In this document: positions 25,915 through 40,749 of the stretch, one piece after another | Layout: the number at the start of each line of letters is the position of its first letter | Numbering within the stretch: position 1 is the stretch's first letter | NCBI GenBank assembly: GCA_951406725.2 | Contig: OX597834.1 | Span: 22,816,001-22,880,000 of the forward strand | Length of the DNA stretch: 64,000 bases | From: Octopus vulgaris | Taxonomy: Eukaryota | Direction: 5' to 3' | The notes under the pieces: generated by a model | The model's database searches: none | The model's input: only the letters and a program-made list of their open reading frames with translations | Told to the model about the DNA's origin: nothing | Made by a program: the position numbers and the translations under genes

Positions 25915-26475
25915 TTTTCGTTCCAGCATACGATCTCAGATCAAGTCACTCGCTATGCAAGTACATCTCCTTAATATATATATATAGGTTGTCTCCCTTG
26001 GTACACTGTCAGCTGTACCTGCATACTATTTTCCATTTTGACAGGCAGTAAGCCAAAACCAAGAATACACTGCTCAACAATAAGGAAGTGTACGTGTGTT
26101 TTATTCTTGTTAAAGAATAACAAATTTGTACTCTAATACAAAAGCATGGAGTATTTCTTTAGGTTAATGTAAAATTGTTTTTATTATAACCAAACATAAA
26201 AAGCAAACATTAATAAATATGTATATATAAATTACACCTCCTGTTTAAAGCTCCAATGAAGCTATAGAGTGATAGACAGGCATTCAACTAGGAGTGCATT
26301 GCATCTTATTGCACAAACAGCCATGAGATAATCAAGCTTATGACATAATTTCTTATTCCTTTGTCATCCCCAATTTCTTACTCTGTTTTGAAGCATTGTA
26401 CATTGAGTTCCAACACCAGATTATTGCTGTCACTATGCCTAAGTGAAATAATAATAAAAAATATATATATACATA

Positions 26476-26858
26476 GGCACAGGACTGGCTGTGTGGTAAG
26501 TAGCTTGCTAACCAGCCACATGGTTCCGAGTTCAGTCCCACTGCGTCGCATCTTGGGCAAGTGTCTCCTGCTATAGCCCCGGGCCGACCAATGCCTTGTG
26601 AGTGGATTTGGTAGACGGAAACTGAAAGAAGCCTGTCATATATATGTATATATATATATATATGTCTGTGTTTGTCCCCCTAACATTGCTTGACAACCGA
26701 TGCTGGTGTGTTTACGTCCCCGTCACTTAGCGGTTCGGCAAAAGAAACCGATAGAATAAGTACTGGGCTTACAAAGAATAAGTCCCGGGGTCGATTTGCT
26801 CGACTAAAGGCGGTGCTCCAGCATGGCCGCAGTCAAATGACTGAAACAAGTAAAAGAG
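26476..26858 (+). mobile_element. Full-length tRNA-derived SINE
   Basis: tggctgtgtggt A box, gagttcagtccc B box, internal (TA)n; many copies in the window. Confidence 0.85.
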
Positions 26859-27272
26859 AGAGATACATGTAGATAAATAAGTATTTTGTCTTGTGCCACA
26901 AGGAAGTATTTTCTACGCATCATGTATTTAATAGCATATCAACTCTACCATGATAGTATCCCTAATTTACAGCAATGTATATTTTCAGTTATTTACCCAA
27001 TGTCAAATAAATCAAAAGTATCCTTTTCATCATCATCATTCAGCATCCATTTTCCCTCTTTCAGAAATATGTCAAATGGACTATGTATGATTATATTAAA
27101 AAAGTGGTTTTATTAACAATATCACAGTGGTAAATTATCTAACCAATGAAGATATAGTTATGATTATGTGATATGAAGTTCGTTACCAAACTATTATGTC
27201 TTCTTTCCTGTGAGAATAATTTATGCTTACATGTGATAATTTTTCTAAAAATAATGTGTGAGATAAATATCC

Positions 27273-28448
27273 TTATTCTTCTGTATGAATACGAACATGT
27301 GTAGCTAGGTGACCTTTTTTAGAGAATGATTTACCACAGATATCACACTGATATGGACTCTGTTCTGTATGAATTTGCCTGTGATTAGATAAAGAACCAC
27401 TGTGAGAAAATGATTTGTTACAGATGTCACAACGATATGGTCTCTCTCCTGTATGAATACGCTTGTGACTAGTTAAGTTACTAATTTTACAGAATGATTT
27501 GCTACATATGTCACAGTGATATGGTTTCTCTCCTGTATGGATACGTTTGTGAATAGTTAAGTAACTTCTTTCAGAGAAAAATTTGTCACAGATATCACAG
27601 TGATATGGTTTCTCACCTGTGTGAATACGTTTGTGTTTAGTTAGGTTACCTGGATCAGATAATGATTTACCACAGATATCACAGGTATATGGCTTCTCTC
27701 CTGTATGAATATATGTGTGTACAGTTAATTCACCCTTTGCAGAAAATGATTTACCACAGATATCACAGAGATATGGCTTCTCTCCTGTATGAAGTCGCAT
27801 ATGAGTATTTAAGCTACTTTTCGCAGAAAATGATGAACCACAGATAGCACAGTGATATGGCTTCTCTCCTGTATGACTACGCTTATGAGTAGTTAAGTGG
27901 CAACTAACAGAGAACGATTTATCACAGATATCACATTGATAAGGCTTCTCTCCAGTATGAATGCGTTTGTGAGTAGTTAATTCACTACTTCTGGAGAAGG
28001 ATTTATCACAGATATCACAGTGATATGGTTTCTCTCCTGTATGGATACGTTTGTGTACAGTTAAAGCATTTCTATGAGAGAATGATCTACCACAAGTATC
28101 ACAGTGATATGGCTTCTCTCCTGTATGGATACGTATGTGAGTACTTAAGTCATTACTTCCAGAGAATGATTTACCACAGATGTTACAGGTATATGGCTTC
28201 TGCCCTGTATGAATGCATTCATGTACAGTCAATGCATTTTTGTAAGAGAAAGATTTACCACAGGTATTACAGTGATATGCTTTCTCACCTGTATGAAAAG
28301 TTAACTGATTTTTTTCAGAGAATGTTTTGTCTCCTGCATGAAAGTGATATGATGTTTTTCCTAATTCTTTTAACATCTTATTAGGAAAATCTATGCTTTC
28401 AGACTCAGCTTTAATATTCACTGGTTTTTCACAGAATTCATTTTCCAT
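27273..28448 (-). CDS. C2H2 zinc-finger protein 2 (12 fingers plus 1 degenerate, 391 aa)
   Basis: Tandem C2H2 array. Confidence 0.92.
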   Translation of the reverse strand: MENEFCEKPVNIKAESESIDFPNKMLKELGKTSYHFHAGDKTFSEKNQLTFHTGEKAYHCNTCGKSFSYKNALTVHECIHTGQKPYTCNICGKSFSGSNDLSTHIRIHTGEKPYHCDTCGRSFSHRNALTVHKRIHTGEKPYHCDICDKSFSRSSELTTHKRIHTGEKPYQCDICDKSFSVSCHLTTHKRSHTGEKPYHCAICGSSFSAKSSLNTHMRLHTGEKPYLCDICGKSFSAKGELTVHTYIHTGEKPYTCDICGKSLSDPGNLTKHKRIHTGEKPYHCDICDKFFSERSYLTIHKRIHTGEKPYHCDICSKSFCKISNLTSHKRIHTGERPYRCDICNKSFSHSGSLSNHRQIHTEQSPYQCDICGKSFSKKGHLATHVRIHTEE

Positions 28449-29096
28449 AATTATTCTTTTCTGATCACTTCTCTTCTCATATTTTCTTAATTAATTCTAC
28501 TGCAATTTTTCCATCACATGTAATTTTTGTTGATATCAAAAGATACTGCAAACTCCTTTGTAAATTTCTCCAAGTTTAATTAAAATGCAACCAAATCTTG
28601 AACATATTCCTGACAATGAAGGAGAGAAATTTTGTTAGTGACCTCAGGTCACAAGAAACATTTCACTTAAAAAGATAGGGTTATATCCTTTCTATAAAAT
28701 ATCTTCCTTGACTTTTTTTAAAGATGATGAATATTGAAGATACGTCTGAAAAAATACTTTTATGCCAATGTCATCTGGTTTTTCTGAAACAAAAGAGAAA
28801 GAGCACAAGATATAGGGCATACTTAAAAGGAAACATTCAACAGTAGAAAATTTACTACATTTCTATTCATAAACTGTAGATATAAACTTTTATGTTGATG
28901 ACTTAACTTTAAACTTTAATTGGTTATCAAAATGACATCATACGATCTTGCGTGAAGTCTATTGCCATCATATTCTATGAAATTACATTAAACTGCAGCA
29001 ATTAGTGGCAGAAGGAGAAAGTAACTTATAGACTTAGCAAAGCCCATAGCTGGCAATGGCAACATAAAACCACCATGACGGAGCCTTGGAAATAAT

Positions 29097-29517
29097 GGAT
29101 CTTTGCGGTTTGAACGGCAGTTTTTTCTAGCGGTGTGATATAAAATTGTCACCCATAATTATGATCCTAGTATCGATCCATTGCATTTCAATCTATTTTA
29201 GATTTAGCGGTGGTTAGGGGTGGGGTAAGGGTATCTTTTCTTCTTCACAAATGTAAATAAACCCAATCTGTTTCTTAAACGAGGGACATATTGATGACGC
29301 ACAGAATGCTTACACCTCAATGGACGGTCAGGGATTGGTTAAAATTGCCGAAATGCAAGATCTTTTAGACGAAATATGTTACAAACTATAGAATTTTCTC
29401 AATAAAGCCAAGAGAAAATGATGTTTTATAAACACATTCTACCAGTATACGAAGTTTAAATTTTTTTTAGTTACCTAGAAATTATGTTACAAACTGCCGT
29501 TCAAACCGAAAAGATCC
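29097..29517. mobile_element. MITE with ~27-bp TIRs in the ZNF2 intron
   Basis: ggatctttgcggtttgaacggcagttt / aaactgccgttcaaaccgaaaagatcc. Confidence 0.7.
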
Positions 29518-29824
29518 GACCTTTGGTCAAAATCACGTTGTTTCAGAGATGTGACGAATTTTACGACAGATCTAGCAAAAATAAACAGTGTTGAGGAATG
29601 AAAAAAACAAACAAACGAACGGTTGAATGAAGAAATATAAATTAATATACCTTGTATAAATAAGTTATTTTTTAGGAAATCGGCGATGATGATCAGTGTG
29701 TTGGTGAATTAAGAATAAATATGTTATGCTATTAGCCTTTAGTAACCACGGTTTATGCTAAATAAAGTATTCTTTAGGCAGGGCGATCGGCATTAGGGAT
29801 AGCCTTTCATATTGGCAGACTAAA

Positions 29825-29849
29825 GCCAATATCCGGTTGAGCATGCGCA
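29825..29849 (-). promoter_or_regulatory. Conserved ZNF upstream motif, unit 2
   Basis: GCCAATATCCGGTTGAGCATGCGCA. Confidence 0.75.
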
Positions 29850-30139
29850 TGGCGGTAGCGTGTTGTGTGGAGTGAGTCGTGTGTGCAAGCTTGCATTTGG
29901 ATATGCGAATGCATGTATATGTATGCATAGAAAAGCACTTGTAAACAAGCGAGGTACCTTGTTTATGTTGTTTGAATTAAAGATTCTTCGGTATAAGTAC
30001 CTGATACATTTCAAGAAAGTGTTTTTTTTAAATATGAGGTGGGGGGTAGGATTAAGGGTGGGAGAAAAGGGTTTCTGTCATCTTCAGAAATGCAAACAAA
30101 GTCACGTGTGTACCTATACCGAAGGATCGCCATACAGTA

Positions 30140-31960
30140 CATAAGATGATTTTGAAGCCGTGTTGAACTCCATCGCAGTCACTAATGACGACGTCATAAT
30201 GTCTGTTCCACAGCACACTGTAATACCAGAACTGTCTCTGGAGCCAACCTTCCTGGAAGTGGTAAACTCTATTAAACAGATCTCTTCTGGTAAAGCACCT
30301 GGCAGTGATGCTATCCCTCCTGAAATTTACAAGCATGGTGGACAGATGCTTTTTAAGAAACTGCACGACCTCTTCATAAACATCTGGAAGGTTGGCCGTG
30401 TACCACAGGACTTGAAGGATGCTTCAATTGAACATCTGTATAAGAACAAAGCAACAGAAATGTCTGTGATAATCATTGTGGAATATCGCTGGTAAAATTC
30501 TTGCTCAACTCATTCTTGACAGAATCATCTGACACGTTGTAAATGATATCTATCCAGAATCGTTGTGCGGATTTTGCTCTGGTCGTGGCACTATCGACAT
30601 AATCTTTTCCCTCCGACAGGTCATAAAAAATGTACATGAGGAAAATCTTGAGTTCTTGATATTCGTTGACCTTACAAAGGTCTTCAACACTGTTAACCAG
30701 CAAGCACTATGGAAAGTTCTGAAAAAGCTTGGTATACCTGACAAGACGTTAAATGTTATCATCTCCTTTCATGGGAGAATGAAGGTTGCTGTCATGCCGG
30801 TGGGGAATCTTCAGCTTCCTTTGACGTTACAAATGGTACTAAGCAAGGTTGTGTTATGGCTCCTGTTTTGTTTGCACTCTTATTTTCAGTGATTTTCAGT
30901 GATGCACAAAGTGATGTCAAATTCCAGTTTCGAACAAGTGGTGGACTATTCAATCAGCATTTCAAAGCAAGAATACTGCCATGTACCAGTATCATTCCTG
31001 ATCTACTTTTTGCAGATGCTGCTGCACTAGTAGTGATCTTTTTAGAGGAATCTCGAACTTCTAGACCAGTTTTCTGCTGCATGTAAAGCCTTTGGTTTGA
31101 CCATCAGTATAAAGAAGATGGAAGTAATCCACCAACCTTGCCCTACTCCTAAGCAAATTCGAGGTGTCAAGCAGAGGCCACCGGTTCACAATTTTCCTGA
31201 CACTCCTATACAGTTTGATGGGAAAAGCCTTAATTATGTGAAGTCATTTACATATCTTGGTAGTAAAATGAATTTGAGTGCTTCCCTTGATGATGAAATC
31301 ATCAACTGTCTTGCAAAGACAACCAACGCATTTGGTAAATTCTGTCATTGCCTATGGAACAAAAAGGGCCTCAAACTTGATACCAAAAAGTAGGTCCATA
31401 CAGCAGCCATTCTTACTACTCACTTGTATGGCTCAGAATTGTGGATACCCTATAGACAATACATTAAGCAACTAGACATCTTCCACAAAAACTGTCTGAG
31501 GACAATCTGAGGTTATTCACTAAAAGTCAAAGTTTCTAATGCCAACTTTTTAGCAAGTGTAAGATTGGTGGAATTGAGAGCTTCCTTATACAATCGCAAT
31601 TGTGTCGGGCTGGTCATGTCATCAGAATGAGTGATGAAAGAATACCCAAAGTCTTCATGTACAGCGAGCTTGAGAGTGAACACAGATATAAGGACAAAGC
31701 TGAAGCACAACCTCTTAGTGATGAAGATAGCTCACAATACCTTTGAGCAAATAGCCTTGGAGAATGTTGTGTCAAAATGGTATTAAACACTTTGTTGCAA
31801 CCAGCATTAACAGGCTTTGGAGTGCAAGGCAAAGGAGAAAAGCAACTGCAAATACACCACCTACACTGGCCAGTAATCCTCAAACTTCCAACATTTGTGG
31901 CCTTCTTTGCAAATTGTTGGTGGGTCTTAAAAGTTATATTCAACATAAGCATTATGACTG
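30140..31960 (+). mobile_element. RTE-clade LINE reverse transcriptase region, decayed
   Basis: GKAPGSDAIPPEIYK, CGF.SGRGTID.IF.LRQ, FVDLTK.F, QGCVMAP.LF, LLFAD, FTYLGS; multiple frameshifts. Confidence 0.85.
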
Positions 31961-32024
31961 ACAAAGTAAGAGTGCGTTGTTGGAGCCTTATACATCAAAA
32001 CCGATGGGCGAGTCCGTCATACAA

Positions 32025-32056
<32 letters not shown>

Positions 32057-32079
32057 CAGGACATCAAGAGTTTCACCTT

Positions 32080-33035
32080 ATGGTGAAACTCTCTGCAATG
32101 GGTGTGGGGGATGACCTGGTTTTAACTGGTTGAAAGGCTTCATCATCAGCCGAAAGGAGGTAGTCACAGTTCTAGGACAGCACTCTACACCATATGAGAT
32201 GTCATCGGGTGTACCACAGGGATCTGTCCTTGGTCCACTCCTGTTTGTGGCATACATTAATGACATAGATGCCAATTTAAAGAATGCCACAGTATTGAAA
32301 TATGCAGACGACATCAAGCTGTACCTTGAAATCAAGAGGACTGATCCTGATGTCTACAACTCTTTCCTGCAATCAGACCTAGACACAATGCAGCAATGGA
32401 TCACAGACTGGCAACTGAAACTGGCTGTGGACAAGTGTACCACCATGCATTTTGGGAGAAAAACCCTGCGTCCACATACTCCCTCCACAACACTGATATC
32501 AAGAAATCCTCTTGGGAGCGTGACCTAGGCATCACTGTCAGCAGTGATTTGCGTTGGACAAAGCATATCTCTAAAATTGTCAAGAAGGCCGAGGGTGTCT
32601 TGGCATCACTCAGCAAGACTTTTGTTAGCCGCTCTCCAGCCATCTATTTAAAACTGTATACAGCTATGGTACGACCACACTTGGAATTCGCATCATCAGT
32701 TTGGAATCCCTATCTTGCTCAGAACATTGACCTCCTGGAATCTGTCCAGAGACGTGCAACCAAACGCATACCCTCCATCAGACACCTACCATATTCTGAG
32801 CGCCTTGTTTCCCTGGGCATGGATTCACTGAGGCTCCGGCGTCTGGCGACGGACTTGGTAAACACCCACAAGGTTATCAACCACCTCACCAACAACAACA
32901 CTGAACACCTTTTTGATCTCCATGTGTTTAACACACGTGGACATGCCTACAAAGTCAGAAAACAACACAGCTCCCATGACTTTCGGAAACATTTTTTCAC
33001 GCTCAGAGTTGCTGAAGCATGGAATAAACTGCCTG
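32080..33035 (+). mobile_element. CR1-like LINE ORF2 3' part
   Basis: SGVPQGSVLGPLLF, YADDIKL, VRPHLEFAS.VWNP, TRGH; one frameshift near 32461. Confidence 0.88.
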
Positions 33036-33668
33036 TGTCTATGTTTTTCGTCTCTCTATGTGTTCGACGTCTTTTTGGTGTCCTGTACACATATATGCGT
33101 GTATATGTACATGTAGAGGTAGGTACGTATATATATGCATATATTTTATTAACAATTATTATTATTATTATTATTATTAAAAACCAACCAAGAGGATAGG
33201 TATTAAAATATTTAATTAGGGTAAGGTGAATTTGAATCTTACAGCTGTTTCTGGGATATCCCAAGTGATAGGCTAGCATGTCCATACACTAGGTGAGTAT
33301 GTACGAAAGATCTAGACACAGAAATTCACAGTGTATAAGGAATAAAATAGTAGATAGAGGAATATACATACACCTCATTTGGATATTTAGCACTTCCAAA
33401 GTTTCACCCACTATGAAAAAAATGTAGCCTGGATGTTATCTACTCCATTCCTTAACTCGTTTTCTTTTCGCATACCCGGCAACCCTGGTTGCCTACCATG
33501 AAATATAAAAAGAATTCAATTTATTGTACTTTGATAAGAAGAAAATCCACAACCTTCCCTCTCAATAAATCACTATTGTCCCTGAAAGTTGTTTTCTTAT
33601 ATTCACTACAGATGGCTTGAAGCTGACTTTCTTCCTACACGTTGATCCTTAGATCTTATATATATATA

Positions 33669-33713
<45 letters not shown>

Positions 33714-33946
33714 AGGTTGACTTTGCCTTTTCATCCTTTCGGGGTCGATTAATTAAGTACCAGTTTCGCACTGAGGTCGATGTAATCGACTTAATCCCTG
33801 TCTGTCCTTGTTTGTCCCCTCTATGTTTAGCCCCTTGTGGGCAATAAAGAAATGTATATATATATGTATGTATGCATGTGTATATATATATATATATATG
33901 TGTATGTACATATGTATGTATATATGTACATATGCGTGTGTATGTA

Positions 33947-33986
<40 letters not shown>

Positions 33987-34777
33987 CACGTTCACAAATC
34001 ACGGTAATAATTTGAAGTTCATCGAAAGTTATCTCCCTTGCAACAATTTGTCTCCTGCGTTCCGTTAGGGGCATAATTTACCCAACCATCACACCTACAT
34101 GCTTGCAATGCGCACGCATACACTTACACCGACACAGTTACACGCGCACACAGAAGCTCACGCTTGCACGAATACACGCCATGGACCAGCAGACGTTGAA
34201 TGGAAGTTTGTAGAATTTGGTTTCTTATGTTGCAAAATTTACCTTATCCCAAGATTAATTGAAGAAAATGTTCGCACTATGGATATTTTGTTACATATAT
34301 TGTCTAGTTTACATATTGGATAATTACGTATAAAGATAATGGGTGAGTAATATTTCTTTCTTAAACACAAAAAAAAAAGTTTAAAAGTTTAAAAACGAAA
34401 AAATTTGAAAATATAAATTAAAAAATAAAAAATTTTAATGATTTAAATTTAAAAATTTTATATATATATGATATTATATTTATTTTTTTGTTTTTTATGT
34501 TTTGGTTTATGTCTTTCACTGTTTGAGTTGCCTAATAGTGGTTTTATCTTCAATTCAATTTATATTTATACTAAATCCTAAATCTAATTTTTCCCTGTAA
34601 GTTTGGATTTACTCCCTAATATTATTATATACATATATACACACACATATTGTTTTAGTGTTTGACTTTAATGGAAATATATTGTCATATTTTAGTGTCG
34701 TCTGCTTTTAATGGAAACCATAACTGTTATATCGTCTAATGGAAAAGTTAGGATTAGAGTCATAGTGTTTCAGTATT

Positions 34778-35153
34778 ACTCTTTTACTTGTTTCAGTCAT
34801 TTGACTGCGGCCATGCTGGAGCACCGCCTTTGGTCGAGCAAATCGACCCCGGGACTTATTCTTTGTAAGCCCAGTACTTATTCTATCGGTTTCTTTTGCC
34901 GAACTGCTAAGTGACGGGGACGTAAACACAATGCTAGGGGGACAAACACAGACACACAAACACACACACACATATATATATATATACACATATATACGAT
35001 AGGCTTCTTTCAGTTTCCGTCTACCAAATCCACTCACAAGGCATTGGTCGGCCCGGGGTTATAGCAGAAGACACTTGCCCAAGATGCCACGCAGTGGGAC
35101 TGAACCCGCAACCATGTGGTTGATTAGCAAGCTTCTTACCACACAGCCACTCC
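34778..35153 (-). mobile_element. Full-length tRNA-derived SINE
   Basis: Reverse complement of the 26476 family. Confidence 0.85.
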
Positions 35154-35462
35154 TGTCTACTTTTAATGGAAAAATTAAGCTGTGATATAAAATAATCGAT
35201 AAATTTTCAGAGTTACCAAAAAATCTGCCTCAACAAATTTGATATGACCCGCGCATTTATGGAAATGTGGACATTGAATGATGATATCAATATATTGCAG
35301 TTTGGGGAGGGTCTGTGCTGAAGTGGAGGGCAAATTGGTTGGCCTCAATGGTGGCTCTCTTGTTCTGCTATCATCTTCATTTTAATGTTCTCTTTTCCAT
35401 ACTCGCACAGAATTTATTGAAGTGGATTTTCTATGACATTCCTATCATCAACCTTCACATTT

Positions 35463-35521
35463 TCGGGCCGACCAAAGCCTTGTGAGTGGATTTGGTAGAC
35501 GGAAACTGAAAGAAGCCCGTC

Positions 35522-35561
<40 letters not shown>

Positions 35562-35761
35562 CTGTGTTTGTCCCCTTAGCATTGCTTGACAACCGATGCT
35601 GGTGTGTTTATGTCCCCGTCACTTAGCGGTTCGGCAAAAGAGTCCGATAAAATAAGTACTGGGCTTACAAAGAACAAGTCCCGGGGTCGAGTTGCTCGAC
35701 TAAAGGCGGTGCTCCAGCATGGCCACAGTCAAATGACTGAAACAAGTAAAAGAGTAAAGAG
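35463..35761 (+). mobile_element. 5'-truncated tRNA-derived SINE
   Basis: Same family, opposite orientation to the 34778 copy. Confidence 0.85.
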
Positions 35762-35894
35762 TATTTTCAAGTAAGGCAATACTTTTCCATGACCGGACAT
35801 GTTTTTGCAGAGAAATGACAGTGATGTTCATTTTGCAGCTCTCACACGGTGATAGTTGTAAATAAGCAAAGAGACAGTAACACACACACGCACA

Positions 35895-36180
35895 TCTTTA
35901 TATATAAAAGTGAAGTTGTGTGTCTGACTCCTACGATTTAGATTCCTAACTACTCCCACATTTTGCGGTGCAGTTTAACCAAAACCAGGTATCTTATAGT
36001 CGTGATTCATATCGAACCCTTCTGGGTATTAGCGCGCGTCTACGATGAGTCAACAATTTAAAAAAAAATTTACCATCATTTTTTTCCCATTTTTAATCCA
36101 TTTTTTGGCTATAACTCTCTAAAAATGCTTATATAGTTATTTCCCTTACAAACCCGAGCAACGACGGGCGATACTGCGAG
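35895..36180 (+). mobile_element. Non-autonomous Helitron, internally deleted relative to 531-1049
   Basis: 5' TC, shared body, same hairpin, 3' CGAG|T. Confidence 0.72.
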
Positions 36181-37299
36181 TAATTATATATATATAACTC
36201 CTTTTACTTTCCATCTACCAAATGCATTCACATAGCTGTGGTCAGCTCGGGACAATATAAGACACTTGAGCCAGACATAATTTACAATTTTTTTGTTTTT
36301 TGTCGTTGAAGAAATAGGTTAACGTGATGCCACAAATTTAGTAGAATTCCAAACTGTACATGAGTAATGTAAACCTTACGTAAACCTATCGAGTTACCAT
36401 TATTTGTTTTTGATCATCTTCAATAACAACATATCAACAACGTTGTTCCTTTATTAATCAAAAAAAGGAAGCAATTAAAGTACAAATAGAAGAGAACTCA
36501 AGTTTTATTTCATTTTGAATTTAAGAAAAGTCACAAAGGATGTTGAAATGAAATGATGGTGAGGATTTGGAGCTTCAAAACCTAGAGAGTACAAGCTTGA
36601 GAAAATGTGGTGATATCTTGTATGACAGAAATGTCCAACTGACACCAACATAGGAAAGGAATAAAAACACGGGAGGCATTTAATCGTAAACTATGCATTT
36701 AGGATCAGTTCAAGATTAATTACATAGACTTGACACATGCAATTGAAATTTAGCTTAACAATGCCTGGAAACTGTTAAAATAACTCAAATCTTACGAACA
36801 ATGAAATCATCCCTTTGATAAGATTCACACATAATAAACGTTACATGAATGAATGTATAATGATATATTTATATTCTAATATAGCATGACGAAATGTTTT
36901 CTAGGCTTTCTATATTTAATCATAACAAATGTTGTGATTGACTGGTTGTATACTGTCAACTTAACGTAACAGTCCCGTATGGGAATTACACCACCGCTGT
37001 TTAGCCCTAGGAAGCATCGAACGCTTCCTGTCGGCTTTGACACAGTTCCTGTGTCCTTATATTTGTGAATGTTGTGATTGAATTCCTGATAGATACAGTT
37101 GTGTTTATCATAGATTTTTGAAAGATTGTTGTCACACACCTAGATTTACCTTCCATTGCGTGTACATTTCTACAAGTAACTCTTTATATAGAATCACATT
37201 TTGCATTGAAAAGTTTATCGTTCTGTATGAAATCATGCATGTATAGTTGACTGTCTACCAGTATAGAATGATTTACTACAGATATCACAGTGATATGCT

Positions 37300-38781
37300 C
37301 TAACCCGTATGAATACGCATGTGTCTAGTTAATTTATTTCTAATATAGAAAGATTTTCCACAAATTTCACAGCTATGTGCTTTTTCCCCTGTGTGAATAA
37401 ATTTGTGTTTCAACAAGCTACCATTTTCAGAGAATGATTTGCCACATATATCACATTGGTAAGGTTTTTCACCTGTGTGAATGCGTCTGTGCCTATGTAT
37501 GTCACTACTTACAGAGAATGACTTACCACAGATATCACAGTGATAAGGTTTCTCACCCGTATGGGTGCGTTTATGTTTAGTTAACTCACTGCTACCACAA
37601 AATGACTTACCACAGATATCACAATGATATGGTTTCTCTCCTGTATGAATACGATTGTGAATATTAGATGCACTTTTATCAGAGAAAGCTTTACCACAGA
37701 TATCACAGCGGTATGGTTTTTCCCCTGTATGAATCCGTTTATGCCGATGTAATTGATCACTTCGAGAGAATAATTTACCACAGATTTCACATTTAATTGA
37801 CTTTACTGCAACATGAATGTATCTATGTGCAGTTAAGTTGCCATTTTCACAGAATGATTTACCACAAATGTCACAGTGATACGGTTTCTCTCCTGTATGA
37901 ATTAATTTGTGTTTTGCTAAATTGCCATTTCCAGAAAATGATTTACCACAGATATCACAGTGATATGGTTTCTCACCAGTATGAATACGTTTGTGTATTG
38001 TTAAGTCACTACTTCTAGCAAATGATTTACCACAGATATTACAATGGTATGGCTTCTCTCCTGTATGAATACGTCTGTGTTTAGTTAAGCCATCTCTGCA
38101 AGAGAATGATTTACTACACATATCGCATTGATATGGTGTCTCACCTGTATGAATACGTTTGTGTGTGATTAATTCATTACCAGAAAAAAATGATTTGCCA
38201 CAGATATCACATTTATATGGCTTCTCTCCCGTATGAATACGCTTGTGTTTAGATAAGGCATTACTTCCAGAAAAGGATTTACCACAAATATCACAGTGAT
38301 ACGGTTTCTCTCCTGTATGAATGCGTTTATGTCGAGTTAAGTCACCACTTCCATAAAAACATTTACCACATATATCGCAGTGATATGGTCTTTCTGATGT
38401 ATGAATGTATTTGTGCCTTGTCAAGTAATAAGATGCAGAGAATGATTTACCACAGACATCGCATTCATATGGTTTCTCGCCAGTATGACTAGATGTGTGA
38501 ACTGTCAATGCAGTCTTCGATAAGAATGTTTTACCACAGATGTTACAGTGGTATGGTTTGTCTTCTGTGTGATACCGTTTATGTCTAGTTAGGTGTATTT
38601 TTTGAGAGAATACTTTACCACAGTTATCACAGCGATATGAATTCTGTTCAGTATGAATACGTTTGTGAATGGTTAGGCTGTATTTTTTAGGGAACGATTT
38701 ACCACAGATGTCACAGCAACATGTTTTCCCTTTCTCTGTACGTGTGTCATCAGCCAGTTTCTCATGCGACTCATTATCCAT
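37300..38781 (-). CDS. C2H2 zinc-finger protein 3 (17 fingers, 493 aa)
   Basis: Tandem C2H2 array. Confidence 0.92.
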   Translation of the reverse strand: MDNESHEKLADDTRTEKGKTCCCDICGKSFPKKYSLTIHKRIHTEQNSYRCDNCGKVFSQKIHLTRHKRYHTEDKPYHCNICGKTFLSKTALTVHTSSHTGEKPYECDVCGKSFSASYYLTRHKYIHTSERPYHCDICGKCFYGSGDLTRHKRIHTGEKPYHCDICGKSFSGSNALSKHKRIHTGEKPYKCDICGKSFFSGNELITHKRIHTGETPYQCDMCSKSFSCRDGLTKHRRIHTGEKPYHCNICGKSFARSSDLTIHKRIHTGEKPYHCDICGKSFSGNGNLAKHKLIHTGEKPYHCDICGKSFCENGNLTAHRYIHVAVKSIKCEICGKLFSRSDQLHRHKRIHTGEKPYRCDICGKAFSDKSASNIHNRIHTGEKPYHCDICGKSFCGSSELTKHKRTHTGEKPYHCDICGKSFSVSSDIHRHRRIHTGEKPYQCDICGKSFSENGSLLKHKFIHTGEKAHSCEICGKSFYIRNKLTRHMRIHTG

Positions 38782-40360
38782 ATTTTTTCTTTGCCCGCTG
38801 TTATTTGTATATTCTTATTTTTGTTTTTGCAATATGAGACATCAACTGAGATGTTTGTCAACATATGATGATGCCGGAAACTTGTTTGTAAATATTTAAT
38901 TTGAATGCGAATTTCACTTGTCCATATTCAAGATAGTAATGCAGATGAAGTTTACCGATTTTCTCTGTACAGAGAAAATATTGGATCTAGTCGGTTTGGC
39001 TGCCAGATCAGAAATACTTCAATCCAATTCTACTGAAAATGACTAAAAAGTTTGTTGTGTAAAGTTAAAAAATATATATATTTTCAATGATGAACAGTAT
39101 TCTTGATGCATGTGTCATTTGGTATATCTGAAATAAAACAGAAACAGTATTAAATATCGGAGATACTTAAAAGTAGATTATTTTAATAGGCATTCTTTCG
39201 ATATAGATATTTTATCTGTCATTGCTTCCCAGCTGTTTTGATGGCGTGTTCGGTAAAATCCGTAAAAAGATTTCATGTATTTACTTTTTGTTCTGATAAT
39301 ACCACACGCTTTGATGTTCAAGACCGACTTTCTTTCTCTTGGATCGCCAAAATTGCTGACATGAAAGAGGAACGAACTCCAGACGCTGTGTGCGTATATG
39401 TATGTATTTCAAAGGTACAGCCTTGTCATACAATGTGTCACGCTGATTCTGTTTGAGAATTACATTAAGGGTATACGTGTTTGTGGAATACTCAGCCACT
39501 TACACGTTAATTTTATTGTGAAGGTAATTTATTTGATCGAACCACTGAATGTTCATCGTCAAAACCGATGGAAAACCCATCATGTGTGTATGTATGAAAG
39601 GTTCAAGAAACAAGACAAAAAATTACAAAAATCTAATCTAAAAAATAACATAAAGTATAACAATAGTAAAAAAAAGTACAGGTGTGCACGATGTGTGTGT
39701 TCGGTGACGGTAGCTGTCAAGAGAATGAAAGCTGGTCTTGAACATCAAAGCGTGTGTGGAATAAAAGAATGTCCAGATATGAAGATCTCTCAACACAAGT
39801 AAAGCAGTGGATAGAAATTAGCATTGTGTTTGTGAGAGATGTTGCTTGATGAAAACTTGTTGCTATCATTGCGCGAATAAGGACGACAAATTGGCAGAGC
39901 GAGAGGGAAAATGCTTACAACTATACTTTTACATTTCTCATTACATATGTTGAACTAGAGAAAAGTAGGCTGTAACACTTTCTTCTCTGTAGTCATCTAT
40001 TGTTATTCATAACCGTAGCTCTGTTTTGATTGTGTAGACGTGTGATCAAAGCCAGGTTGTTTTCATGGAAGTCACGAATATTATTACGGCAGATCAGTTG
40101 AAAGGAAAAGGATTGAATGAAGAAATATCAATACACATACCTCGTTTAAATCGCATGTAATATCAGGAAGTTCATGACGTGTTGATGAATGGCAAAGATT
40201 TGCATATATAGTCATATGAAACTATGCCGTCATATTATATGTAATATGGTACTCAGCCATGGAATCCTTGTTTAACGTTATGTGAAATGTTTTCAAATCC
40301 TTGCGTTTTGAATGAAGGTTTAATTTACATTTTTTTTTAATTACATGGCAGTGTCATTGC

Positions 40361-40380
40361 ATATCCGGTTGAGCATGCGC
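40361..40380 (-). promoter_or_regulatory. Conserved ZNF upstream motif, unit 3
   Basis: ATATCCGGTTGAGCATGCGC core. Confidence 0.7.
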
Positions 40381-40749
40381 TTGACTTGATTACACACGAA
40401 CTGTAAGTTGTGTACAGCAAAGGCGCCGTTTTAAACGTAAACACGCATATTTTCGCATAGACGAATGTATAAAAAATACATACGTGAGTACGCTCCCACC
40501 CAGCCGACTGTTTCCTCATGGTCGCGGTATGTGCTAGAAACAACAGCACATACTACATACCTTGAATCACACCCCTTTTCGCCTGAAATATTTACAAATT
40601 TTTTTCTCTTTTTTTTTTTAAATACAAATTTTATAACATGTCTGTATATGATAGAAATATAGTACAAAAAAAGACAAAGAATAAAGCAAAAAAAAAAAAG
40701 CGAAAGAAAAATGTCGATGCAGCACTAATTGATTGCACACCACAAGGTT

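Noticed and set aside
37270-37302. A-to-I editing of ZNF stop codons to allow read-through into downstream fingers
   Set aside because: Downstream fingers are out of frame in ZNF1, 3, 5 and 6, so read-through would not restore them
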